In this document: positions 46,015-55,539 of the stretch, piece after piece | How positions within the stretch are numbered: the first letter of the stretch is position 1 | Layout: every line of letters starts with the position of its first letter | NCBI GenBank assembly: GCA_964486995.1 | Contig: CAZAOV010000006.1 | Location: 166-64,165 of the forward strand | DNA from: an uncultured Gammaproteobacteria bacterium | GTDB taxonomy: Bacteria > Patescibacteriota > Patescibacteriia > SG8-24 | Direction of reading: 5' to 3' | DNA: 64,000 bases | Translations under genes and position numbers: made by a program | Notes under the pieces: generated by a model | Databases searched by the model: none | Seen by the model: only the letters and a program-made list of their open reading frames with translations | Told to the model about the DNA's origin: nothing

Positions 46015-46502
46015 ACAAGACCCGAGGCTTTACGCTGATTGAAATTTTAGTGACAGTGACCATTATTGCCATTATTGTCGGCATAGTGGGTATTGCCACC
46101 GTTGGTATTAGGGAGCGGGGGAGAGACACCAAAAGAAAAGCCGATCTTTCCACGTTTGGCCGATTTATTTCGCTGTCTTGTTATATGCCGGATGCTGGTC
46201 CGGGCGATTACGATTTATCTCTGATGTTGGCCGAATTTAAGGAACAAAATTCCAAATATGCCGAAATGATTGGCAGTACTCCCAAGGATCCGGCGTCCGG
46301 TACGGACGAAGATACCGGATATCGATATATTGTCAGCAACGATGGAAAAAAATGCGCTTTTTATGCTAACCTTGAAAATGAAAACGAGGAAGTAACTATC
46401 AGCCGGATTGCCGAACCCACGCCGGGCGGCGGAACCGGAACGCTCCGAGCCAGCACCGACGGGCGCAACGGCAGTCCAATTTATTTTCAGGTGTCAAATT
46501 AG
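46011..46502 (+). CDS. Type IV pilin / T2SS pseudopilin-like protein
   Basis: Prepilin motif RG-FTLIEILV; RDTKRKADL; PKDP. Confidence 0.88.
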   Translation: MNKTRGFTLIEILVTVTIIAIIVGIVGIATVGIRERGRDTKRKADLSTFGRFISLSCYMPDAGPGDYDLSLMLAEFKEQNSKYAEMIGSTPKDPASGTDEDTGYRYIVSNDGKKCAFYANLENENEEVTISRIAEPTPGGGTGTLRASTDGRNGSPIYFQVSN

Positions 46503-46505
46503 TAT

Positions 46506-46877
46506 ATGAACATTGTCGTCGAAGACGAATTAGTAATAATTGAACTGGCCGGCAGCGAGAAAATAATGTCCTGCAAGCGCCGCCTCAAGATTCATCGAAA
46601 GCATATCTTGGAGGTTGTTTCAGGCGTACCAGATAACCGTTTAGAAATGCCCATGTTGGCCACGTCCATTCCGGGAGTAGTAAAAGCCGGGACTTATCTA
46701 ACACGACGCGGCAAGGAATTTTGGTTCGTTAAACCGGATAAGCATCATTATTTAACGCTGGAGCTACATGATGACGCTCCGTTTAGGCGGTTAGTGCTCG
46801 GGCTGGACGATGGCGAAGATCTGTTCTTGCAAGATTTAGGCTTAGAAGTTACAGTGCCCGTCGAAACTAGTAATTGA
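46506..46877 (+). CDS. Hypothetical protein (bPH-like)
   Basis: ATSIPGVVKAGTY...KEFW motif; operonic. Confidence 0.65.
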   Translation: MNIVVEDELVIIELAGSEKIMSCKRRLKIHRKHILEVVSGVPDNRLEMPMLATSIPGVVKAGTYLTRRGKEFWFVKPDKHHYLTLELHDDAPFRRLVLGLDDGEDLFLQDLGLEVTVPVETSN

Positions 46878-46883
46878 TTTTTT

Positions 46884-47240
46884 ATGAATATCAAAGAAAT
46901 CGAAAGCAACGACCTAAAGGCAAAGATGGACGCCGGCGAGGAGTTTCTGCTAATCGACCTGCTCGGAGAGAAATCATACGAGAGTTTGCATGTACCGCAG
47001 GCTGTATCGGTTGACCCGAGTGACGGCTTTATCGATAGGGTTAAAGAGTTGACCGGTGGTGATATGGATAAACTAATCATTGTTTACGGCGCCAATTTCA
47101 GGGATGAGCTTTCCACCCGTAAAACCGCCGAGCTGTTTGAGGCCGGATTTTCCAACGTGCTAGATTTTAAGGGAGGGCTTAAAGACTGGGCGGCCGAATT
47201 ATTGCCACTGGAGGGCAGTCGGGCACCGTCGTCAAAATAA
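46884..47240 (+). CDS. Rhodanese-like domain protein (no catalytic Cys)
   Basis: LLIDLL...HVPQAV...IIVYG...GFSNV...GGLKDW. Confidence 0.85.
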   Translation: MNIKEIESNDLKAKMDAGEEFLLIDLLGEKSYESLHVPQAVSVDPSDGFIDRVKELTGGDMDKLIIVYGANFRDELSTRKTAELFEAGFSNVLDFKGGLKDWAAELLPLEGSRAPSSK

Positions 47241-47370
47241 TCGCGAAGATTAAAAAACTGCCGTTGGGCAGTTTTTTAATTCCATGCGCATTGCTATAAT
47301 AAAGACATGCTATTGGCTATAAATCACGACACTAACGTCAATACATATTTTGAATTAAAATAACACACAT

Positions 47371-47709
47371 ATGCCAAAATGGAGAATTATAATTCCCGTG
47401 GTCGTCGTGGCCCTAGTTGGCGTCATCGCGTATATGCAGCTCAACGGTGGCGTGACGATACCAGACTCCACGCCGGTTACCGAGCAGCCGACCGACGGCG
47501 AGACTGATGCAGGTCCGGTTTTAGATGGGCCGCTTGATGTCACCGGGGAAGAAGATGTGGCTGAGCAGGCCGATGCCATGATCGAGGAGCTACTCGATGA
47601 GTTAGATGATGAGGAAGAAATAGCCGGTGACGGAACGGCGGAATTGAATACGATGACTGTCGGCGAGTCCGATGCCGATATTCTTGATGTCGAATACTAT
47701 GAAGAATAA
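47371..47709 (+). CDS. Membrane-anchored acidic protein
   Basis: N-terminal TM; extended -10 TGCTATAAT upstream. Confidence 0.7.
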   Translation: MPKWRIIIPVVVVALVGVIAYMQLNGGVTIPDSTPVTEQPTDGETDAGPVLDGPLDVTGEEDVAEQADAMIEELLDELDDEEEIAGDGTAELNTMTVGESDADILDVEYYEE

Positions 47710-48517
47710 AGTGATAAAGACCATTGCTGCAGGGGCAGTGGCGATGCAATTCATGTTTCCGGTAGTTGCGGCAGCGCAGGACAACGGTGATGAGCCGACT
47801 ATGCGCCCGCCCGGTCGGGCAAGAGAGCAGATCATCGACCGAGTATGTGAAGCTATTAGCGGCCAGACCGAGCGAATAGAACAGCGGATAGTCGATCAGC
47901 AAGATCGCTTGGCTGAGAAACGGGCGAACCGTGACGCCAATCTAATCGAACATCAAGATAAGCGTTTGGATCGAATGGTTGAGTTGCGATCGGCATATGA
48001 CGAGCGTCATACCGAGCGCTTAGAATTACTGTTGTCAAAGACCGATGACGCCGACGTGACTGCGGCGATAAACGAGTTTGAGGATGCGCTTCAGGTAGCT
48101 CTGAGTGCTCGTCGGGCGGCATATGACGCGGCGATTGAAAAATATCGTGCTGGAGTTGATGCAGCGGTGGCTTCGCATCGATCAAAGGTTGACGCTGCCG
48201 GTGATCAGTTGAATGCGGCCATCAGTGCTGCGGTGGCCAATGCTGAGGCTGCTTGTGAAGGTGAAGAGGTCGATTTGGCGGCGATTCGAACGGCGATGCG
48301 CGATGCTATTAAGGCGGCACGGGAACAGTTCAGGACCAGCATGGACGGCCTTACTTCCCTGGGCGATGAGATTCAATCGTTGGTTGATGCACGCAACGTT
48401 GAGTTCGAGGCGGCGCGAGATGCCTTTCGATCCTCAGTTGAAGCGGCGCGGGATAAGTTGAGATCCGATTTGGAGTTGTTGCGGGTCGATGATGATGTGG
48501 ACGGGGCTCAAGAATAG
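47699..48517 (+). CDS. Secreted coiled-coil protein
   Basis: Signal peptide ending AAAQD; long Ala/Arg/Glu helices; terminator follows. Confidence 0.75.
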   Translation: MKNKVIKTIAAGAVAMQFMFPVVAAAQDNGDEPTMRPPGRAREQIIDRVCEAISGQTERIEQRIVDQQDRLAEKRANRDANLIEHQDKRLDRMVELRSAYDERHTERLELLLSKTDDADVTAAINEFEDALQVALSARRAAYDAAIEKYRAGVDAAVASHRSKVDAAGDQLNAAISAAVANAEAACEGEEVDLAAIRTAMRDAIKAAREQFRTSMDGLTSLGDEIQSLVDARNVEFEAARDAFRSSVEAARDKLRSDLELLRVDDDVDGAQE

Positions 48518-48905
48518 CTGATTAGCTTGATCTCGGAGGCGGACCGCTAGTGCGGCCCGCCTCTTTTTAATTTGCGTCACGCCTCTTGTCTTGAGTCTTT
48601 TGGGCGGAAAAAGCAGTCCATGTTTTTTATCATGAATCTTCTTCTGACGGTTCATTGAGGGGCGTGACGCGCCGCCGCTTCCGTTCTATAGCTCTTGGGC
48701 GGCTGCGCCATTCGTCCCCGGCTGCTGGACGTCTCCCTCGTGTGGGTTTCCTCTTGCCGCCTGGCTTAGGCGGAATACGGACCTCGCGCCTCTTCCGCAT
48801 CTCTCCGCCGGATGTGCCGCCGCTGTGTTTTTTAGGGTCCGCTTCGCGGGCTGGTTAATTGAATCGATATAAATAAAAAACGGGAGATGTTTCTCCCGTC
48901 AATAA

Positions 48906-49751
48906 TTAGGGTGCGGTTACACCCATGTCTTCAAGAAAGGAACGCATGCGGTTTTTGGCGCGACGCGACAATTGGCCGACGCGTGCCGTCGAGATGCAAT
49001 GCTTTTTGCCAATCACCGCGCGAGTGAGCGGGTCATCGTACATGTAGCTCATATCGATGATGTCTCGCTCGCGCGCGCTGAGCAGCGCTAGGGACAACCG
49101 CACGATTTTAGCTATCTCTTTTCGTTCAAGTTCTCGCTCGATACAGTCTGGATCTTCGCGCAGATAATCCATTAGAATCCGCGTTCCTTCTTCGCCGTGC
49201 CTGTTGCGAATCGGCCGCTGCAGCGGGATATCACCACGCAGCATACAAGCACGTCTCCGGTCACGCGTTACCCGAACTGCTTCATGGCCTGACTGGAGCG
49301 ACTTGGCCACACCCTGCATGTGCGGTCGATTAGAGAATTCGTCTTCTTCGCATGGCTCCTTCAGTTCTGGGGCACGTTTTTCGCGAACGTTAGTCTCCAC
49401 CACCGACAGCTCTCGCCAAGCCGCGCGCTGCACATGCGAGCGAATCCACGGTGCGGCATAGGTCGAAAATGCATAGCCGCGCACCGGATCGAACTTTTCT
49501 AGCGCAACCATTAGTCCGATGTAGCCTTCCTGCACCAGGTCTCGCATGTCCGCCACGAAGCCGCGATACCGGCGGGCGATTTTGACCGCCAGCGGCTTGT
49601 TGGACAAAATGATTTTTTCGCGCAGGGCCGCATCTCTGGTTCGAAAATATTCATCGACCAGAGTTTTCATCTGCTGGCCGACTGCCCCCACATCCGCTCC
49701 CTTATCAGCCACCACGGTTTTGTGATTTGGAGCTCGGCGTGCGCTCATCAC
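48906..49751 (-). CDS. Sigma70-family factor (RpoH/RpoD-like, divergent)
   Basis: DLVQEGYIGLMVALEKFDPVRGYAFSTYAAPWIR; LSARERDII...ISTARVGQL; SD AGGAG; promoter TTGACA-N17-TAAGGT at 49798-49826. Confidence 0.88.
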   Translation of the reverse strand: MMSARRAPNHKTVVADKGADVGAVGQQMKTLVDEYFRTRDAALREKIILSNKPLAVKIARRYRGFVADMRDLVQEGYIGLMVALEKFDPVRGYAFSTYAAPWIRSHVQRAAWRELSVVETNVREKRAPELKEPCEEDEFSNRPHMQGVAKSLQSGHEAVRVTRDRRRACMLRGDIPLQRPIRNRHGEEGTRILMDYLREDPDCIERELERKEIAKIVRLSLALLSARERDIIDMSYMYDDPLTRAVIGKKHCISTARVGQLSRRAKNRMRSFLEDMGVTAP

Positions 49752-49854
49752 ATGCTCCTAACATTTATGTGGAAAGAGTTGTTCCGGGCAGAGAATCACC
49801 TTAACTTCCATACAGCAGTTTGTCAAAGATGCCGCCCCTTACGGGCGGCATCTG

Positions 49855-50805
49855 CTAGAAATCTTCAGCCAACCCGCATTCGTTATGCTGGATCACTCCG
49901 AATCCCGGAGTACCGTTTCTATCAGACAAAGCCTGACAGTAGCTGGTCAGCATGCGCGAATAGCCGTTCACTACAAGCCATTTTTTGATTTTACTAATGG
50001 CGCGCAGCTCATCCAGGCGGATGGTTTCTCTGGTTACGCCATAGTCGCGACCGATGACCGTTCGGGATTCTGGTTCGTGCGTCAAGTATCGCCGCCGAAT
50101 AACATCGCGCAACCGTTCGTTCAACACTCGTTTCATCGCCAGGCCGAGCAGGAAGCGCAAATTTCTCAGCATGATTGCGGCGTCCGCTGCCTCATCTGGC
50201 GGGAGAAGGTCGCTTTTCAGTGTCCGGATCGGCGGTCGCGTCCTGTCGTTCAAGCCAATTTGAGCATTATCTTGCTCAAGAGGAATCAGCGCCGTCATGG
50301 CATGTCGCAGATCGATAACCTTATCTACGGTTACACCGACCCTGTTGGCCAACTCCTCGGTATTTGGCTCACGTCCCAGCTCGGCAGCGAGTTTACGCTC
50401 GGCCACCTCAAGTTCGTGAGCCAATCGCCGCATGGAAACAGACAACGACCACAATACTGGCGCCCGTCTTTTGGCGTTTTGAATCGGACGGCGCAGACAC
50501 AATTCAAGATAGGTGATGAACCGCACTTCGCGTGACGGGTCAAAGGTTCTTACCGCCTCGATGCAGCCAATACAGCACTCCATCATAAGGTCCTCAATTG
50601 GAACTTTGTTGGCGGCCTTTTGCGCCCTTAGGTACATGAAGCCGATGTTGCTGCCGATGATGCGTTCCATGGCAGCGTGGTCGCCTTGTTTGGCCTGAGC
50701 AATAAGTTCTCGCTCATCCTCGTAAGTCAGTGGCGGACACCGGTCAGCAAACTTGAACAGGCTGGTCAGCGAGTCTGGCTTTGCGGAATCAAATAGGCGC
50801 GGCAT
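49855..50805 (-). CDS. Sigma70-family factor (RpoD/RpoS-like, divergent)
   Basis: PPLTYEDE, FDPSREVRFITY, LGREPNTEELA, GVTRETIRLDE; SD GAGGT; promoter TTGACT-N17-TAAGTT at 50870-50898. Confidence 0.88.
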   Translation of the reverse strand: MPRLFDSAKPDSLTSLFKFADRCPPLTYEDERELIAQAKQGDHAAMERIIGSNIGFMYLRAQKAANKVPIEDLMMECCIGCIEAVRTFDPSREVRFITYLELCLRRPIQNAKRRAPVLWSLSVSMRRLAHELEVAERKLAAELGREPNTEELANRVGVTVDKVIDLRHAMTALIPLEQDNAQIGLNDRTRPPIRTLKSDLLPPDEAADAAIMLRNLRFLLGLAMKRVLNERLRDVIRRRYLTHEPESRTVIGRDYGVTRETIRLDELRAISKIKKWLVVNGYSRMLTSYCQALSDRNGTPGFGVIQHNECGLAEDF

Positions 50806-50943
50806 CTCTACCTCTCATTATTTGTTATTTGCTCAAAGCATTTGAACTTGATTCAAAGAGCAAGGTGACAACTTACCTCGATTGGCGGGCGAAGTCAATA
50901 AACACTGTACGACACAGGATGTCCGTGTTATTATTTTTTTATT

Positions 50944-51870
50944 ATGAAATACGGACGAAGATCATTTGTCATCGACATTCTAATTATCATTTTAGTGCCG
51001 TTGGTGTTCACTACTGCACTTGGAATTTACGGTGCGGTCCGCCCTAAGAGGTTGGTGAGTGTGGCCGTACCGGAGCATTACGGCATCGAATACGAGAATG
51101 TCACGTTGGTGACTGAAGACTCTGTTGAGATTGCCGGCTGGTATTTTCCAGCCGAGGGACCGCCGACTGACGCGGCAATTATCGTGCTGCACGGCTACCC
51201 GACCGACAAGGGCGACTTGCTGGCGCGGTCGAAGTTTTTGTTGCGAGATTACAATTTACTGCTGATTGATTTTCGTTATTTTGGTCAAAGCGACGGTAGT
51301 TATACCACCGTCGGCGCTAAAGAGGTGGCCGACCTGATGGCGGCGATTGATTTTTTGGTGGATCGCAACATGAGCAAAATCGGCATTTACGGCTTTTCCA
51401 TGGGCGGTGCAGTTGCTTTAATGGGCGTTCCCGAGGCTAGCGGGACCATTGATGCAGTGGTGTCCGAAGCATCGTACGGCAATCTTCAGATGATGACGCG
51501 CGAAATGTATCGATATCTGGGACCCATTGAGAAACCGCTCACTTGGACCACTATCGTTGTGGCGCGGACGATTCTGGGTATTGATCCGGTTGAGGTTTCG
51601 CCGGCTGAAGCGGTGCGGGGGAGCGATGTCCCGATTCTGTTGGTACATTCTCGCGAGGATAAGGTGATAAGTTTCGATAATGCGCTATTCATTCAAGATG
51701 CGCTTATTGACAATCCCAACGCCGAATATTTATTCTTTGACCGAGGCAACCACGGTGAGGTTTCCATCGAGTTCGCCACAGCGATGAAATCATTCTTCGA
51801 CAAGCATTTGCTGGGTCGGACGTACGAGGAAAGCATGAAGGACACCGAAATTGTTAAACCCAACCAATAA
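50944..51870 (+). CDS. Alpha/beta hydrolase with N-terminal TM
   Basis: IVLHGY, DFRYFGQSDG, GFSMGGA nucleophile elbow, D and H triad residues. Confidence 0.9.
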   Translation: MKYGRRSFVIDILIIILVPLVFTTALGIYGAVRPKRLVSVAVPEHYGIEYENVTLVTEDSVEIAGWYFPAEGPPTDAAIIVLHGYPTDKGDLLARSKFLLRDYNLLLIDFRYFGQSDGSYTTVGAKEVADLMAAIDFLVDRNMSKIGIYGFSMGGAVALMGVPEASGTIDAVVSEASYGNLQMMTREMYRYLGPIEKPLTWTTIVVARTILGIDPVEVSPAEAVRGSDVPILLVHSREDKVISFDNALFIQDALIDNPNAEYLFFDRGNHGEVSIEFATAMKSFFDKHLLGRTYEESMKDTEIVKPNQ

Positions 51871-52452
51871 ATGAAAATTTTACCCTTCTTGAAGGAAGTT
51901 AGCCAAGATGTGCGAATCGGAGCCGTTATGCCGAGCTCCCGTTTTGCTGTTCGGAACATCATGCGTTTTGTGCCATATGGCATTAAGACGGTTTTGGAAT
52001 ATGGTCCGGGCGATGGCGTGTTGACTAGGCATTTGCTGGCGCGGTTGCCGGCGGACGGTCGATTGGTGGCGATAGAAACCAACGGATCGATGTGTTCGGA
52101 AGTTAAGGCCATTAACGACCCTCGTTTGGTGTTAGTTAACGGTGACGCGACTCAGGCTGCCGACATTGCGGCTCGGTTAGGTTTCCATAGATTTGATTTC
52201 GTGATTTCCGGCATACCGTTCAGCATGCTGCCCACAGAAACGCGTCGATCCACAGCGCGCATGACGCATGAGTTGCTGGTGCCGGGAGGAGTTTTCTTGG
52301 TATATCAGACTTCACCCCTGATGGTGTCCTATTTGAAAAATCATTTTGACGTGCATACCGCATTTGAGCCCCGTAACGTCCCGCCGTATTTTATAATGCG
52401 CGCACTAAAGGATGGGTGTGGCTCTAGGAGTTTTTGTGACACGCAGCAATGA
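51871..52452 (+). CDS. Class I SAM methyltransferase (phospholipid N-methyltransferase PmtA-like)
   Basis: IGAVMPSS, VLEYGPGDG, VISGIPF, RNVPP. Confidence 0.82.
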   Translation: MKILPFLKEVSQDVRIGAVMPSSRFAVRNIMRFVPYGIKTVLEYGPGDGVLTRHLLARLPADGRLVAIETNGSMCSEVKAINDPRLVLVNGDATQAADIAARLGFHRFDFVISGIPFSMLPTETRRSTARMTHELLVPGGVFLVYQTSPLMVSYLKNHFDVHTAFEPRNVPPYFIMRALKDGCGSRSFCDTQQ

Positions 52453-52733
52453 CTGAAACGTTTCGAAAAAAGGTGAATGAATTCGTGTCGTCGGTGCCTG
52501 CGGGCACCGACGTTACTTATGGAGAGGTTGCGGCCGCGGTCGGACACCCAGGTGCCGCTCGCGCCGTAGGTAATATAATGAAAGCGAATCGCGATTTGTC
52601 CGTGCCGTGCCATCGGGTTGTTCGTGCTGACGGGACCGTCGGCGGCTATAACGGTTTTCGGGGCAATAAGGCGGTCATTTTGGAGAATGAGCGTGAGGGC
52701 ATAGAGAGGCTAGAAGAGCATAAAAGTAAATAA
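52449..52733 (+). CDS. MGMT/Ogt family DNA alkyl-repair protein
   Basis: TYGEVA, AARAVG, VPCHRVV active-site motif. Confidence 0.88.
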   Translation: MTETFRKKVNEFVSSVPAGTDVTYGEVAAAVGHPGAARAVGNIMKANRDLSVPCHRVVRADGTVGGYNGFRGNKAVILENEREGIERLEEHKSK

Positions 52734-52821
52734 GGGTAGGAAGGCGGCCGAACTGGCGCATGAAAAAGCTCAATCTACTGCCCTTCTATCCTTACGTCCT
52801 TCTACACCCTGACCATTTTGT

Positions 52822-53568
52822 ATGCACCCCCACCGAACAAAAATAGGCCCAAACATCATCGCCGAATTCATGGTACCGCGCCGCAAGTCAAGGCGGACCG
52901 TGATTTTATGTGACGGTATGCCGTCGGTGCCGAGCCGAGGGAGGCTGTTGAAGTTTTTGGCGAATAGGGGAATCTGGGGCGTGCACATTAGGTATACCGG
53001 CACTTGGGAAAGCGGGGGAGAGTTTTTAGCGCGGTCACCGCATTTGGATGTGATAGATGCGGTGAATCAGCTGCCCAAAGGATTGAAAGCGGTGTGGGAC
53101 AGGCGGCTGTATTATCCGCCGACGGATAAAATTTATGTCGTTGGTTCTAGTTTCGGTGGTGCAGCGGCGTTATTGTCGTCCGCTGACCCGCGCGTTACCG
53201 GTTCGTTTGCGTTGTCGCCGGTGGTTGACTGGCAAGAAACCGGCCGCGCCGAACCGGTGGAGCTGGTATATCATCTGGTGCGCGAAGGTTTTGGTCAGGC
53301 GTATCGTTGTGACAGGCGACGGTTCAACAAATTGCTGACCGGAAAGTTCTATAATCCAATTCACGAAGCCGAAAGGCTGAACGGAGAAAAGATTCACATC
53401 GTGCATTGTGCTGACGATGACATCACCCCACTGTTCGCCACCAAACGCTTTGTCAAGAAAAACGGCGGCACTTTGATCGAATACAAACGCGGCGGACACA
53501 TGTCATTGTCAAAGATTATGACTTTAAGAATCTGGAAACGGTTTAATAAATTTATCCAATCCGTATGA
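52822..53568 (+). CDS. Alpha/beta hydrolase (S9-like)
   Basis: Y-x-GTWESGG, GSSFGG, HCADDD, GGH. Confidence 0.82.
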   Translation: MHPHRTKIGPNIIAEFMVPRRKSRRTVILCDGMPSVPSRGRLLKFLANRGIWGVHIRYTGTWESGGEFLARSPHLDVIDAVNQLPKGLKAVWDRRLYYPPTDKIYVVGSSFGGAAALLSSADPRVTGSFALSPVVDWQETGRAEPVELVYHLVREGFGQAYRCDRRRFNKLLTGKFYNPIHEAERLNGEKIHIVHCADDDITPLFATKRFVKKNGGTLIEYKRGGHMSLSKIMTLRIWKRFNKFIQSV

Positions 53569-54005
53569 AGATTGAGTCCGCAGCATTTGAACAAAACGAA
53601 GCCATTCCGGCGCAGCACACCTGCGATGGCGCTGATACCGCACCCGCGTTGAGGATTAGCGGTGTACCGGAAACCGCCAAGACGGTCGCCATTATTATGG
53701 ACGATCCGGACGCGCCCGGCAGGGCTTGGGTGCACTGGACGGTTTGGAACATACCGGCGCAGGAGGAACTGAGGCTCGATGGTGATTTGCCGGCCGGCGC
53801 AGTAGAAGGAGTGACAAGTTTTGGTTCGGTTGGGTACGGTGGTCCGTGTCCGCCGTCCGGCATGCATCGATATTTTTTCAAGGTGTTCGCGCTGGATACA
53901 GAATTAGATTTATCGCCAGAAACCACCGCAGATGAACTGGAAAGGCATATCGACGAGCATTTGGTTGATAAATGCGGACTAATCGGCATTTACGGTCGCG
54001 AGTAG
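53565..54005 (+). CDS. YbhB/YbcL family PEBP (Raf kinase inhibitor-like) protein
   Basis: DDPDAP, WVHW, GPCPPSGMHRYFF. Confidence 0.93.
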   Translation: MKIESAAFEQNEAIPAQHTCDGADTAPALRISGVPETAKTVAIIMDDPDAPGRAWVHWTVWNIPAQEELRLDGDLPAGAVEGVTSFGSVGYGGPCPPSGMHRYFFKVFALDTELDLSPETTADELERHIDEHLVDKCGLIGIYGRE

Positions 54006-54007
54006 TT

Positions 54008-54568
54008 ATGGCGCGAAGATTGTTCATCGGAATACCATTGCCGGAAGACATATCCGGCGAAGTGGTCGGCCTCCGTGTAAAGTTGAATGTCGATTGTGGT
54101 CGCGTGCGGTGGACCAAAGAGGAAAATCTTCATGTGACCGTTTTGTTTTTGGGTGATGTGGAGGACGGGCAGTACGGGCAGCTGCTGTCACGTCTGGAGG
54201 ATGCGTTTGCTCATTTGCACCGTTTGGAACTGACGGCAGCTCAAGTAACGCCGGCACCTCCACATCGGACACCGACCATGTTGTGGCTGGCCTTCAAACC
54301 GAGCGTTGGTTTTGTTGCGATGTGCAAAGCGATCCGCAAAGCAGCTAAAAATATCTTTGAGTTTAAGCCGGCACACAACGAGCCGTTGCCGCACGTGACG
54401 TTGGCGCGATTCCGCGACGGAATACCCGTACCGTGCCAAAAAATGGCTAAAAGTATAGAATATAGGCGTACGTTTGTGGTGGATGAATGTGTGATGTATG
54501 AATCAGAGCTATCCTCGGACGGGCCGACTTATTACGAGCTGCGCCACTTTAAACTAGGAGCCGACTAA
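54008..54568 (+). CDS. thpR: RNA 2',3'-cyclic phosphodiesterase (2H phosphoesterase)
   Basis: RLFIGI, LHVTVLFLG and PHVTLAR (two HxT motifs). Confidence 0.9.
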   Translation: MARRLFIGIPLPEDISGEVVGLRVKLNVDCGRVRWTKEENLHVTVLFLGDVEDGQYGQLLSRLEDAFAHLHRLELTAAQVTPAPPHRTPTMLWLAFKPSVGFVAMCKAIRKAAKNIFEFKPAHNEPLPHVTLARFRDGIPVPCQKMAKSIEYRRTFVVDECVMYESELSSDGPTYYELRHFKLGAD

Positions 54569-54570
54569 AT

Positions 54571-55539
54571 ATGTCGATTTTAACCGCGATATTATTGTTT
54601 ATTGGAGGATTTGCGGCTCTGGTCAAGGGCGCGGATTTATTGGTGGCCGGAGCGTCATCGCTCGCTAAGTGGCTCGGCATTTCTACACTGATTGTTGGCC
54701 TGACCGTAGTGGCGTTAGGAACATCTATGCCCGAGTTGGTGGTGAACGTGTTTGCGTCACTAAAGGGCACTTCAGATATCGCGGTCGGAAACATCATCGG
54801 CAGTAACGTTTCTAATATCGCCTTGGTGCTGGGTCTGTCCGCTATGCTTTATCCGATGCGTGTACAGAACTCTACCATCTGGAAAGAGATTCCGTTCGCA
54901 TTGCTGGCGGTGGTGCTGGTGGCGATAATGGCGAGCGATGTGGCGCTCAATGGACTGATGCGCGACGAGCTTGGCCGCGGTGATGGTCTGGTGCTGGTAT
55001 CGTTCTCCGTCATCTTTCTATATTATATATTGGGACTGGCTCGGCAGGGCAGGGCAGAGCTTGAAGATATTCCGGAAATGACTGTCAGGCGCATGGCGAT
55101 ATATATTTTGCTTGGCATGGTGGCGCTCGTTATCGGCGGTAAGTTGGTAATTGAAGGTGCGGTATCGCTCGCCACCACGGCTGGTATTTCCGAGCGAGTA
55201 ATCGGTTTGACCGTGGTCGCGCTCGGCACGTCACTGCCCGAATTGGTGACATCTGTAGTGGCCGCGTTCCGTAAGCAGCCTGACCTGTCCGTAGGTAACA
55301 TTGTTGGATCTAATATTTTAAATGTGTTCATGGTGCTGGGCGTGAGCGCGATAATTCGACCGTTGCCGTTCTCGAACGATGCTTTGTTTGACGCCACTTT
55401 TAATGTGGTCATCACCTTATTGCTCTTCTTGTTCATGTTTATCGGTCAGAAACACAAATTGGAACGCTGGCAAGGTGTAGGTTTTGTGATGATTTATATT
55501 TCCTATATAACTTATTCGTTCATTAATGGCGCAGCGTGA
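54571..55539 (+). CDS. Calcium/sodium antiporter (YrbG family)
   Basis: Two GLTVVALGTS-x-PEL / GNI-x-GSN alpha repeats. Confidence 0.92.
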   Translation: MSILTAILLFIGGFAALVKGADLLVAGASSLAKWLGISTLIVGLTVVALGTSMPELVVNVFASLKGTSDIAVGNIIGSNVSNIALVLGLSAMLYPMRVQNSTIWKEIPFALLAVVLVAIMASDVALNGLMRDELGRGDGLVLVSFSVIFLYYILGLARQGRAELEDIPEMTVRRMAIYILLGMVALVIGGKLVIEGAVSLATTAGISERVIGLTVVALGTSLPELVTSVVAAFRKQPDLSVGNIVGSNILNVFMVLGVSAIIRPLPFSNDALFDATFNVVITLLLFLFMFIGQKHKLERWQGVGFVMIYISYITYSFINGAA

